Shown here: positions 23,266 to 35,772 of the stretch, piece by piece
Layout: every line of letters starts with the position of its first letter
Numbering within the stretch: position 1 is the first letter of the stretch
Position numbers and translations under genes: made by a program
Notes under the pieces: generated by a model
What the model was told of the DNA's origin: nothing
The model's input: the letters and a program-made list of their open reading frames with translations, nothing else
The model's database searches: none
Origin: Squalus acanthias
Lineage: Eukaryota
Length of the DNA: 64,000 nucleotides
Direction: 5' to 3'
NCBI GenBank assembly: GCA_030390025.1
Contig: CM059431.1
Coordinates: 134,294,001 to 134,358,000 of the forward strand

Positions 23266-26260
23266 AGGAGGTCGGGACCCAGGAGCGAGGATGGGAATCA
23301 GGAGCGAGGTCGAGGCCCAGGAGCGAGGTCGGGACCCAGGAGCGAGGACGAGGCCCAGGAGCGAGGTCGGGACCCAGGAGCGAGGACGGGACCCAGGGGC
23401 GAGGACGGGACCCAGGAGCAAGGACGGGACCCAGGGACGAGGACGGGGCCCAGGAGCGAGGACTAGGCCCAGGAGCGAGGTCGGGACCCAGGAGCGAGGA
23501 CGGGGCCCAGGAGCGAGGACGGGACCCAGGGGCGAGGACGGGGCCCAGGAGCGAGGACGGGACCCAGGAGCGAGGACGAGGCCCAGGAGCGAGGTCAGGA
23601 CCCAGGAGCGAGGACGGGACCCAGGGGCGAGGACGGGACCCAGGAGCGAGGACGGGACCCAGGGACGAGGACGGGGCCCAGGAGCGAGGACTAGGCCCAG
23701 GAGCGAGGTCGGGACCCAGGAGCGAGGACGGGGCCCAGGAGCGAGGACGGGGCCCAGGAGCGAGGTCGAGGCCCAGGAGCGAGGACGAAGCCCAGGAGCG
23801 AGGACGAAGCCCAGGGGCGAGGACGGGGCCCAGGAGCGAGGACGGGGCCCAGGAGCGAGGACTAGGCCCAGGGGCGAGGACGGGACCCAGGGGCGAGGAC
23901 TAGGCCCAGGAGCGAGGTCGGGACCCAGGAGCGAGGACGGGACCCAGGAGTGAGGACGAAGCCCAGGAGCGAGGACGAAGCCCAGGGGCGAGGACGGGGC
24001 CCAGGAGCGAGGACGGGGCCCAGGAGCGAGGACGGGGCCCAGGAGCGAGGACGGGGCCCAGGAGCGAGGACGGGGCCCAGGAGCGAGGACGGGGCCCAGG
24101 AGCGAGGACGGGGCCCAGGAGCGAGGACGGGACCCAGGAGCGAGGACGGGGCCCAGGAGCGAGGACGGGGCCCAGGAGCGAGGACGGGACCCAGGAGCGA
24201 GGACGGGACCCAGGAGCGAGGACGGGGCCCAGGAGCGAGGACGGGGCCCAGGAACGAGGACGGGGCCCAGGAGCGAGGACTAGGCCCAGGAGCGAGGTCG
24301 GGACCCAGGAGCGAGGTCGAGGCCCAAGGGGCGAGGACGGGGCCCAGGAGCGAGTTCGAGGCCCAAGGGCGAGGACCGGGCCCAGGAGCGAGTTCGAGGC
24401 CCAGGAGCGAGGACGGGGCCCAGGAGCGAGGACTAGGCCCAGGGGCGAGGACGGGACCCAGGGGCGAGGACTAGGCCCAGGAGCGAGGTCGGGACCCAGG
24501 AGCGAGGACGGGACCCAGGAGTGAGGACGAAGCCCAGGAGCGAGGACGAAGCCCAGGGGCGAGGACGGGGCCCAGGAGCGAGGACGGGGCCCAGGAGCGA
24601 GGACGGGGCCCAGGAGCGAGGACGGGGCCCAGGAGCGAGGACGGGGCCCAGGAGCGAGGACGGGGCCCAGGAGCGAGGACGGGGCCCAGGAGCGAGGACG
24701 GGGCCCAGGAGCGAGGACGGGACCCAGGAGCGAGGACGGGGCCCAGGAGCGAGGACGGGGCCCAGGAGCGAGGACGGGACCCAGGAGCGAGGACGGGACC
24801 CAGGAGCGAGGACGGGGCCCAGGAGCGAGGACGGGGCCCAGGAACGAGGACGGGGCCCAGGAGCGAGGACTAGGCCCAGGAGCGAGGTCGGGACCCAGGA
24901 GCGAGGTCGAGGCCCAAGGGGCGAGGACGGGGCCCAGGAGCGAGTTCGAGGCCCAAGGGCGAGGACCGGGCCCAGGAGCGAGTTCGAGGCCCAGGAGCGA
25001 GGTCGGGACCCAGGAGCGAGGACGGGGCCCAGGAGCGAGGACTAGGCCCAGGAGCGAGGTCGAGGCCCAGGAGCGAGGACGAAGCCCAGGAGCGAGGACG
25101 GGGCCCAGGAGCGAGGACGGGACCCAGGGGCGAGGACTAGGCCCAGGAGCGAGGTCGGGACCCAGGAGCGAGGACGGGACCCAGGAGTGAGGACGAAGCC
25201 CAGGAGCGAGGACGAAGCCCAGGGGCGAGGACGGGGCCCAGGAGCGAGGACGGGGCCCAGGAGCGAGGACGGGGCCCAGGAGCGAGGACGGGGCCCAGGA
25301 GCGAGGACGGGGCCCAGGAGCGAGGACGGGGCCCAGGAGCGAGGTCGGGGCCCAGGAGCGAGGACGGGGCCCAGGAGCGAGGACGAGGCCCAGGGGCGAG
25401 GACGAAGCCCAGGAGCGAGGACGGGGCCCAGGAGCGAGGACGGGACCCAGGGGCGAGGACGGGACCCAGGGGCGAGGACTAGGCCCAGGAGCGAGGTCGG
25501 GACCCAGGAGCGAGGACGAAGCCCAGGAGCGAGGACGAAGCCCAGGGGCGAGGACGGGGCCCAGGAGCGAGGACGGGGCCCAGGAGCGAGGACGGGGCCC
25601 ATGAGCGAGGACGGGGCCCAGGAGCGAGGACGGGGCCCAGGAGCGAGGACGGGGCCCAGGAGCGAGGACGGGGCCCAGGAGCGAGGACGGGGCCCAGGAG
25701 CGAGGACGGGGCCCAGGAGCGAGGACGGGGCCCAGGAGCGAGGACGGGACCCAGGAGCGAGGACGGGACCCAGGAGCGAGGACGGGGCCCAGGAGCGAGG
25801 ACGGGGCCCAGGAGCGAGGACGGGGCCCATGAGCGAGGACGGGGCCCAGGAGCGAGGACGGGGCCCAGGAGCGAGGACGGGGCCCAGGAGCGAGGACGGG
25901 GCCCAGGAGCGAGGACGGGACCCAGGAGCGAGGACGGGACCCAGGAGCGAGGACGGGGCCCAGGAGCGAGGACGGGGCCCAGGAACGAGGACGGGGCCCA
26001 GGAGCGAGGACTAGGCCCAGGAGCGAGGTCGGGACCCAGGAGCGAGGTCGAGGCCCAAGGGCGAGGACGGGGCCCAGGAGCGAGTTCGAGGCCCAGGACT
26101 GAGGTCGGGACCCAGGAGCGAGGTCGAGGCCCAAGGGCGAGGACCGGGCCCAGGAGCGAGTTCGAGGCCCAGGAGTGAGGTCGGGACCCAGGAGCGAGGA
26201 CGGGGCCCAGGGGCGAGGACGAGGCCCAGGAGCGAAGACGAGCTCAGCAGCGAGGTCGAG
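23266..26260 (+). repeat. 19-bp GC-rich minisatellite, about 3 kb (roughly 155 units)
   Basis: Consensus GGGGCCCAGGAGCGAGGAC with recurring variants. A block is repeated at 571-bp spacing (23950 and 24521) and partly again at 25187. Confidence 0.97.
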
Positions 26261-26540
26261 GTCCAGGAGTGGCGCAGCGTGGATCAGCAGCGGAGTCGGG
26301 AGGACCACACCGCAGCCTATGAAACCCAGGCAGAGAGGACCTATGGGAAGGAGGGAGGAGGACAGTAGGAGTATGTTTGTGTGTGTGTGCCAGCCTGATG
26401 TAGCAGAACCTGGTCTCCAATCGTCTTGGATCCCCTTGCCATTGGACCAAGACCTTGCTCTGTCGCCCGTGTGGTAGCTGGTGTGCAACGGCCACCCCAC
26501 GTTAAAAGAATTCACGCACAGGCATCTTCCACCCTTTAAA

Positions 26541-29500
26541 ATGAAGTTCAGGACCTGGAACGTCAGCACCCTCATGGACAACCCAAAAGCGACAGACTGG
26601 AACGCCGTACTGCTCTCGTTACCCGGGAGCTCAGACGTTTCGACATAGACATCGCTGCCCTAAGCAAGACCCGGCGGGCAGTGGAAGGCCAGCTCAAGGA
26701 GCAAGGCGGTGGTTACACCTTCTTCTGGAAAGGCAAACCTGAAGAAGAACGCCGCCCCCATGGGGAAGGCTTCGCCATAAAAAATGAGCTAGTTGAACGT
26801 CTCAGAGACTCCCCTTGTGGAATAAACAAACGCCTCTTGACTCGATGGCTCACCCTAGCCCGGAACCAGTGTACTACGGTCATCAGTGCGTACGACCCAA
26901 CACTGGAAGCCACAGACGAGACCAAAGAGGAATTCTACTCCAGCCTCGAACAATCCCTGTCCCAAGTCCCAACAGGCGACAAGCTGATCCTCCTTGGCGA
27001 CTTTAACTCCAGAGTTGGAAAGGACACAGACCTCTGGGGAGGTGTGATTGGCAGAGAGGGGGTAGGGAAAGCCAACTCCAATGGTACCCTCCTCCTGACG
27101 AAATGCTTAGAACATGGCCTTGTCATAACCAACACCTTGTTCCGTCAGAGAGACAAGTACAAGGCTTCATGGCAACACCCTCGCTCCAAGCACTGGCATC
27201 TGCTGGACTACGTCATCGTCTGAGTGAGGGACCGCAAGGACGTCCGCATCAGCCACGCCATGACAGGAGCTGACGACTGCTGGACAGACCACTGCCTAAT
27301 CTGCTCTGTCATCTCCATCAACGTAGCCCCAAAACAGCGGCGGCAACAGAAGCACTGCCGCAGGAAAATCAACGCTGGAGCACTCAAAGACCCTGCTAAG
27401 AAAGCCCTATTCAGCCTGCGCCTCACAACCAATCTGACAACTCCCAGTGATGCAGAGACACAAAGTGTCCACAGCGCCGGGTCTGCACTCAAGGCCTCCA
27501 TAATCAGCACCTGTGAAGAGACGCTCGGTCACTCGACCAGGAAACACCAAGACTGGTTCGATGATAACGACCAGGAGATCCAGGAGCTAATAAGTCGCAA
27601 GCGCAAGGCATTCCTGATCTGGAAACAGCAACAGAATTCGAGAGCAAGAAAGCAGCTCTACAGACGCCTGAAGGCCGAGGTCCAACAAACAACTCGCGAC
27701 CTAAAGAACAGATGGTGGGTGGAGAAAGTGCAGGAGACCCAACAGCTAGCCGACAACCATGACGTGCGTGGATTCTTTAGCGCAGTCAAGACCACCTACG
27801 GCCCAAGCACCCAAGGTCCTACCCCACTGCGGGCCAAGAACGGAGAGGTACTCATCAAGGGCAGAGAGGCAGTCAGTGCCCGCTGGAAGAAGCACTTCGA
27901 AGATCTCCTTAACCGAGACTCTGTCTTCGACGCGAGTGTCCTCTACTCCATCCCGCAGCATGCCACCCGCCACCACCTCAGCACAACCCCAGCCCGGCTT
28001 GAGGTTGAAAAGGCTATCCGATAACTGAAGAACAACAAGGCCTCAGGAGCAGATGGAATCCCCGCCGAGGCAGTAAAACATGGCAGAGAGGCACTTTTGG
28101 CGCGAATACATGAACTCATTTCTCTTATTTGGAAGGAGGAGAACATGCCAGGGGATCTCAGAGATGCTGTAATCATGACCATCTTCAAGAAAGGTGACAA
28201 GTCCGATTGCAGTAATTACAGAGGAGTCTCCCTGCTGTCTGCCACAGGGAAAGTCATCACAAGAATCCTCCTCAATCGCCTTCTCCCAGTGGCTGAAGAG
28301 CTCCTCCCAGAGTCGCAATGCAGTTTCCGTCCACTAAGGGGCACAATGGACATGATCTTCACCACGCATCAACTGCAAGAGAAATGCGGGGAACAGCACC
28401 AACCTGTACAGCTATACATGGCCATCTTTGACCTCACAAAGGCCTTCGACACCGTCAACCGTGAGAGATTATGGAGTGTCCTCCTCAAATTCGGTTGCCC
28501 TCAAAAGTTTGTCACCATCCTCCGCCTGCTTCATGACAACATGCAAGCCGTGATCCTGACCAGCGGATCCACCACAGACCCATTTCACGTACGGACCAGG
28601 GTCAAGCAAGTCTGTGTCATTGCACCAACGCTCTTCTCGATCTTCCTGGCTGCAATGCTCCATCTCACCCTCAGTAAGCTCCCTGCTGGAGTGGAGCTAA
28701 TCTACAGAACAAACGGGAAACTGTTCAATCTCCGTCACCTCCAGTCCAGATCCAAAGTCATCCCATCCTCTGTCATCGAATTACAGTATGCAGACGACGC
28801 TTGCGTCTGCGCACTCTCTGAGGTCGAACTCCAAACCATCGTCAACACCTTCACCGACGTGTACGAGAGCATAGGTCTTATACTAAACATCCGTAAGACA
28901 AAGGGCTAATTAATAATCTTGTGGTAAAGCGGCCTTTTGGGACAAGTGACCATAATATGATTGAATGTTACATTAAGTTTGAGAGTGATGTAGTCCAATC
29001 TGAAACTAAGGTCTTCAATCTAAACAGAGGAAACTACAAGGGTATGAGGGACAAGTTGGCCATGGTAGATTGGGAGACTACACTAAAAAGGTATGAAGGT
29101 GGACATACAATGGCTAACATTCAAGGAAATAATGCATAATTTACAACAAACATATATTCCTCTGGGGCATAAAAACCCAAAAGGAAAAGTGATCCAACCA
29201 TGGCTAACAAAAGAAATTAAAGCTAGTATTAAGTCAAAGGAGGAAGCTTATAAAGTTGCCAGAAAAAGCGGTCAGCCTGAGGATTGGAATCTTTTTAGAA
29301 ATCAGCAAAGGGGGACCAAGAAATTGATAAAGAAAGGGAAAATGGAATATCAGCACAAACTAGTGCAAAATATAAAAACGGATTGTAAAAGCTTCTATAG
29401 GTGTGTGAAAAGGAAAAGACTGGCGAAGGTAAATGTAGGTCCTTTACAGTCAGAGATGGGAGAATTTATAATGGGGAATGAGGAAATGGCTGAGAAATTA

Positions 29501-32053
29501 AATAAATACTTTGTTTCTGTCTTCACGGAGGAAGACACAAAAAATCTCCCAGAAATACGAGAAAACCAAAGGTGTGGTGAGAATGAGGAACTTAAAGAAA
29601 TTATTATTAGTAAAAAAACAGTACTAGCAAAATTAATGGGATTAAAAGTCGATAAATCCCAAGGATAGGATGACCTACATCCTAGGGTTTTGAAAGAGGC
29701 GGCCATTGGGATAGTGGACGCATTGATTGTCATCTTCCAAAATTCTATAGATTCTGGAACGGTTCCTGCAGATTGGAGGATAGCAAATGTAGCCTACGCT
29801 ATTTAAGAAAGGAGGGAGAGAGAAAACGGGGAACTACAGACCTGTTAGCCTTACATCAGTAGTTGGGAAAATGCTGGAATCTATTATAAAGGATGCAATA
29901 ACTGGGCACTTAGAAACTAATAGTAAGATTGGGCAGAGTCAACATGGATTTATGAAAGGGAAATCCTGTTTAACAAACCTATTGGAGTTCTTTGAGGTTG
30001 TAACTAGTGGAGTAGACAAAGGGGAACTGGTAGATTTGGTGTATTTGGATTTTCAGAAGGCCTTCGATAAGGTCCCACACAAGAGCTTGGTGAATAGAAT
30101 TAGGGCACATGGAATTGGGGGTAATATACTAGCATGGATTGAGAATTGGTTAACAGACAGAAAACAAAGAGTAGGGATAAACGGGTCTTTTTCAGGATGG
30201 CAGGCTGTGACTAGTGGGGTACTGCAAGGATCGGTGCTTGGGCCCCAGCTATTCACAATCTATATCAATGATTTGGATGAGGGGATTAAATGTAACATTT
30301 CCAAATTTGCTGATGATACAAAGCTAGGTGGCAGTGTCAGATGTGAAGTGGCTTCAAGGGGATCTCGACAGGCTCAGTGAGTGGCCGAGAACATGGCAGA
30401 TGGACTATAATGTGGATAAATGTGAAGTTATCCACTTTGGTAGAAAAAACAGAAAGGCAGAGTATTTCCGAAATGGTGAAAGATTGGGGAATGCAGATGC
30501 TCAAAGGGACTTGGGTGTCCTTGTACATGAGTCACTGAAAGTGAATGTGCAGGTGCAGCAAGCCATTAGGAAGGCAAATGGTATGCTGGCCTTCATTACA
30601 AGAGGGTTTGAGTACAGGAGTAAAGAAGTCTTACTCCAATTATATAGGGCCTTGGTGAGACCACACCTGGAGTACTGTGTACAATTTTGGTCTCCTTACC
30701 TAAGGAAGGATGTACTTGCCATAGAGGGAGTGCAACGAAGGTTCACGAGATTGATTCCTGGGATGGCGGGACTGTCGTATGAGAAGAGATTGAGTAAACT
30801 AGGCCTGTATTCTCTTGAATTCAGAAGAATGAGAGGGGATCTCATTGAAGCATACAAAATTATTACAGGGCTTGATAGGGTGAATGCTGGGAGAATGTTT
30901 CCCTTGGCTGGGGAGTCTAGAACCAGGGGCCACAGCCTCAGGATAAAGGTTAGGCCATTCAGGACTGAGATGAGAAGAAATTTCTTCACACAGAGGGTGG
31001 TGAATCTTTGATTTTCTCTACCCCAGAGGGCTGTGGAGGCTCAGTCATTGGATATATTCAAAACAGAAGTCGATAGATTGCTGACTAGTAAGGGCATCAA
31101 GGGATATGGCGATAGGGCCGGTGAATGGAGTTGAGGCAGAAGATCAACCATGCTCTCATTGAATGGCGGAGCAGGCTCGAAGGGCCAAATGGCCTACTCC
31201 TGCTTCTATTTCTTATGTCCTCTACCAACCTGCCCCCACCACAAAGTACTGCTCCCCGATTATCAAAATCCATGACGAGGCCTTGGACAACGTGGACCAC
31301 TTTCCATACCTCGGGAGCCTACTGTCAACAAGGGCAGACGTCGATGACGAAGTCCAACACCGCCTTCAGTGTGCCAATGCAGCCTTCGGTCGCCTGAGGA
31401 AGAGAGTGTTTGAAGATCAGGACCTCAAACCCAGCACCAAGCTCATGGTCTACAGAGCAGTAGTGATACCCGCCCTCCTGTATGCTTCAGAGACATGGAC
31501 CATGTACAGCAGGCACCTTAATGCACTGGAGAAGTACCACCAACGCTGCCTCTGCAAGATTCTGCAAATCCATTGGCAGGATAGGCGCACCAACTTCAGT
31601 GTTCTCGCTCAGGCCAACATCCCCAGCATCGAAGCTTTGACCACGCTCGATCAGCTCCGATGGACGGGCCACATCGTCCGCATGCCCGATACGAGACTCC
31701 CAAAACAAGCGCTCTACTCGGAGTTCTGACACGTCAAGAGAGCTCCAGGTGGGCAGAGGAAACACTTCAAGGACACCCTCAAAGCTTCCTTGAAAAAGTG
31801 CAACATCCCCACCGACACCTGGAAATCCCTGGCCCAAGACTGCACAAAGTGGAGGAGAAGCGTCCGGGAATGTGCTGAACACCTCTAGTCTCTTCGCCGG
31901 GAGCAAGCGGAAGCCAAGTGCAAACAGCGGAAGGAGCGCACGTCAACCCAAGCACCCCACCCACCCGTCCCTTCAACCACTGTCTGCCCCACCTGTGACA
32001 GAGACTGTAGGTCCCGCATTGGACTCATCAGCCAGCTGAGAACTCATTTTTAG
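26541..32053 (+). pseudogene. RTE APE endonuclease/reverse transcriptase ORF with stops, frameshifts and a CR1 insertion
   Basis: MKFRTWNV, ILLGDFNSRVG, NYRGVSLLS, FDLTKAFDTVNR, LQYADDAC, FPYLGS, C-terminal CPTC...LRTH. Confidence 0.92.
28904..31216 (+). mobile_element. Young 5'-truncated CR1 (element C) inserted in the RTE RT domain
   Basis: The RTE frame KTK^VLYQ is interrupted. CR1 RT ORFs span 29093-31011. The 3' UTR ends TTTCTTATG. Confidence 0.93.
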
Positions 32054-33447
32054 TGTGGAAGCAAGTCATCCTCGGTTCCGAGGGACTGCCTAAGAAGAAG
32101 AAGAAGAAAAAGCCCTCCCCAAATGCATTACCTCACACTTCTCCAGATTGAATTCCATTTGCCACTGTTCTGCCTATCTGACCAGTCCATTGATATCCTC
32201 CTGAAGTCTGCAGCTTTCAGAGATGAATCCAGAGATTATAACCCTTGAGGTCCTGTTCATTAATTTAGCCCCTAGTTCCTGGTACTCCCCAAACAGGGCC
32301 TCTTACCTATGCTGTTGGTCCCAACATGGTCCACAATGACTGGATCCTCCCCCTCCCTCTCCAATATTCTTTTAAGTCGGTTCGAGATATGCCTCACCCT
32401 GACACCAGGTAGGCAACATACCACGTGGGACTCTCGATCTTGCTTACAAAGGATGCTATCTGTCCCCCTAATTATAGAATCCCCTACAACTACCACATTA
32501 CGCTTCCTGTCCACCTCCTCCTCCTCCTCCCCCCTTAGGACAGCCCCCTGTTCCAAAGTGCCATGGTCCGCATTTTGGCTGACTTTCCGACAGTCTTTAT
32601 CCTTATCCTCACAGGTAGCAAGTACATTGTACCTGTTGGATAGGATCAGTTTCTGTGGATCCTCATTACCTTTCTTACCTGGGTTCCCCTTACTCTGCAC
32701 ACTATCGGTCACACCAACCCCGTTCTGAACTTGCACCGCTCTACGAGGTGTGACCGAAGTCTGGAGCAAACTGTCCAGATACTCTTCCCCCTCCCTTATG
32801 TGTCGGAGTATCTCCAACTCGCACTCCAGCTCAATGACTCTGAGCCGGAGAGATTCGAGATGGAGACATCTACGGCAGACGTGTTTGCTTGCGACAGTCT
32901 TGCTGTCCACAATCTCCCACATACTGCAGTCCAGACACACAACCTGCTCTGCCATATCTTAGTCTAACCTTGTTTTATTTATTTAATTAGTTAAAATCTT
33001 TATTGTATGATTTATTTATAGTTATATTAATTAGTTTATCTAGTTAAGTTTTTAATTTAATAAAGTACATTATAGTTTCCCGCTCCTGGTTTAAACCATT
33101 GTCCTAGTTTAGAGAGAAAAAACGTTAATACTCACCAACCAATCATCTACCTGCTGTCCTGTGACATCACTCCTTGTTTTTTTTGTTGTTTTTGAATTCG
33201 CCGGAGATATACTGTTGCCTCCGATGCTGACTCCGCTCAGGTCTGCGCTGCCTCGCCTCCCGCAGTTTTATATCTTGCCGCCTCCTCCGATGTTGCCGCC
33301 ACTCAGATCCGCGGTGCCTTGCCTCCCTCTGTTTTCTATCTTGCCACCTCCTCCGCTACTGCTGCTGCCGCCGCTCAGGTCCATGCTGCCTCACCTCCCG
33401 CTGTTTTATATCTTGCCGCCTCCTCCGAGGCTGCTGTTCCCACTGTA

Positions 33448-34670
33448 ACATTTGCCCTACTTCATTCCCTAGAACTAGATCCAGCACTGCCTCCTTCCTT
33501 GTTGAGCTAGAAACATACTGATTAAGAATGTTCTCTTGTACACATATTAGGAATTCTTCACCCTCCTTGCCCTTTACACCGTTTTCCCCTTAGTCTATAT
33601 GAAGGTAATTGTTGTTCCCCTACTATTACTGCTCTATTATTTTTGCATTTCTCTGAAATTTTCCTACTGATTTGTTCCTCTATTTCCTTCTCACTATTTG
33701 GTGGTCTATAGTAAACACCCAGCAATGTAACAGCCCCTTTTCTGTTCCTTAACTCCAACCAAATAGATTCAGTCTTTTATGAACCCTCTAGTATGTCGTC
33801 TCTCTGTAGAACTGTAATATTATCCTCGATCAATACTGCCACACCCACTCCTGTCATATTTTTCCCTATCCCTCCTGAATACATTGTAGACAGGAATGTT
33901 TGGTTCCCATTCCTGCCCATGTTTAAGTCATTGTAGCCACTATATCATAACCCCATGTGGCAACTTGTACCTGCAGGATGATAGTACATAGTCATGCTAT
34001 TAGCGAAACAACATATACTTAAAATGTCCAATTAGCAGATGTACGTTCCGTATAGGTGAGTTATTCATACGAGTCAAGGAGACGTCATTTGAAACTAGTT
34101 GAAGCTTGACACGCTGTTCCTTCGATCCGGCGTGTTTACTGATGCTTGTATTCAGAAAGGCCTTGCGAGGCACTCAGTTGATTCCTTCTTTATCCGCGAT
34201 GCCTTCCTCCTTCGCTGAAGTAACTCGTTGATCTTTCCTTGTTTCGGTTGTTGCTTTTCGCAAATCCAATTCCTGATGCGTTGCCAAGCAACGTGTAGAA
34301 GAGCCGACGACACCTGCTGACTTCCCATCGTCAGTAATTTGTCAGTAATTCGATCGCATTTGTGAAACTGCTCGCATTAACACACATGCATTCCAACACC
34401 ATGCTAATCTACTTGGCTTTTTTGCTCTATCTCATTCCTGCACTTCCTACACTTTTCTTTATTCTGTTGCTGTTTGTCCCTCATAATTTTCTATGCTCCT
34501 TGTCGCTCCTCTCTGCTGCTCCATCCTGGTTCACCTCCCTCTGCCAAATTAGTTTAAACTCTCCCCCACAGCACTAGTTAACCTCCCAGTGAGGACATTG
34601 CTTCAAACCCTGTTCAGGTGAAATCCGTCCAGCTTTTACAGGTCCTTCCTGCCCCTTAACTGGTCACAGT
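33448..34670 (-). mobile_element. Old CR1 (element D): endonuclease and ORF1 end; collinear with 17790-17918
   Basis: ORF 33558-33758 reads LGVYYRPPNS. An ORF1-end-like sequence lies at 34540-34670. Interrupted at about 33977-34361. Confidence 0.7.
34280..34292. promoter_or_regulatory. RFX X-box-like motif
   Basis: GTTGCCAAGCAAC fits GTNRCC-N0-3-RGYAAC. It lies in a CpG-rich segment with CCAAT at 34266-34270. Confidence 0.45.
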
Positions 34671-35255
34671 TTTTTAAAGAAATATTTTGCAAATATTTAA
34701 GGTTTGGAATTCATTGGTTGTTTGGTTTAATACATTCTGTGTTACATGGTATGATGGCCTATTGCCCACCTCATTGTGAACAACATTATGGGACGTCTGC
34801 CAGTTTGTTTAAACATATAGTCTACGTCACTCAGAAAGATTAACACAAATTCAAATGTCTAAATAAGTTTACAATATGTCAACACAGGTGGGGCAGCATC
34901 TGTGGATCTCCACAAATGTTGCCTGACCTGCTGAGTATTTCCAGCCTTTTCTGTTTTTATTTCAGGTTTCCAGCAGCCGCAGTATTTTGCTTTTGTGTTA
35001 CAATATGTCAAGCTTTCTAATCATAAATAAACACTTCAATTACATTTGACAGCTCTATAATTTAATTTTTATTAATTGTTGGATTGACCATTTAGATTCA
35101 TTTGTATTACACTTTAATTAAAAATGAAAAAAAGCAATTTTTCATTTTCTCACATGGGAAATATTAGTGCTCTTCAGCAAAAAGTCAAGACCAAAAAGCA
35201 AGACTGATACTTTCATTTCAAAGAGATTTTTGAGCCAGCCTCACTTGTGCATGTT

Positions 35256-35772
35256 AGAAAGAAGAAAGACTTGCATTTATATAGCGCCTTTCACAACCAC
35301 CAGACATCTCAAAGCACTTTACAGCCAATTACAGCTATTTTGGAGCGCAGTCACTATTGTAATGTGGGAAATGCACATTGCACACAGCAAGCTCCCACAA
35401 ACAGCAATGTGATAATGACCCGATAATCTGTTTTTGTTATGTTGAATGAGGGCTAAATATTGGCCAGGACACCGGGGTTTACTCCCCTGCTCTTCTTCGA
35501 AATAGTGCCATGGGATCTTTTACATCCACCTGAGAGATCAGACATTAAACATCTCATCTGAAAAACGGCGCCTCTAACAATGCAGCACTCCCTCAGGTAG
35601 TCTAGATTTATGTGCTAAAACAACAACAGAAAACGCTGGAAAAACTCAGCAGGCCAGGCAGCATCCGTGGAGAGAGAAACAGAGTTAACGTTTGTCTCTG
35701 GAATGCGACCTGAACCCACAATCTTCTGACTCAGAGGCGAGTGTGTGCCACCCACTGAGTCATCGCTGACAC
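35256..35772 (-). mobile_element. tRNA-derived Deu-domain SINE (SacSINE1-like) with a small Penelope-tail insertion (about 35618-35693)
   Basis: Reverse-complement homologue of 62888-63350. Confidence 0.75.

Larger units (their letters stand above)
23156..32110 (+). mobile_element. RTE-clade (BovB-like) LINE, apparently full length
   Basis: 9-bp TSD AGCCCTCCC at 23147-23155 and 32111-32119; (AAG)n tail; single APE-RT ORF. Confidence 0.9.
22383..32220 (-). mobile_element. 5'-truncated CR1 (element B), split by the RTE (pieces 22383-23155 and 32111-32220)
   Basis: ORFs 22463-22684 and 22721-22963 encode the CR1 C-terminus, and the sequence resumes after the RTE tail. Confidence 0.85.
17919..33447 (-). 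mobile_element. Near full-length decayed CR1 LINE (element A), split by LTR, CR1 and RTE insertions
   Basis: 3' end and ORF2 at about 17919-20718. ORF1 is split into 32272-32955 (CLDCSMWE, GDSIIRG, HVGTN) and 22155-22391 (WDGLHLN). 5' UTR with about 63-bp repeats at 33195-33447. Confidence 0.85.

Noticed and set aside
23157..26260. CRISPR-like array
   Set aside because: Head-to-tail repeats with no unique spacers, no cas genes, and eukaryotic context.
23188..26581. Long ORFs (893 aa on -, 174-275 aa on +) of Pro/Arg/Gly-rich repeats
   Set aside because: Artefact of a stop-poor 19-bp repeat that cycles through all frames; no evidence of a protein.
32272..32955. Stand-alone esterase or zinc-finger gene (also 13648-14361)
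   Set aside because: CR1 ORF1 (SGNH-type), in its expected position within decayed LINEs.
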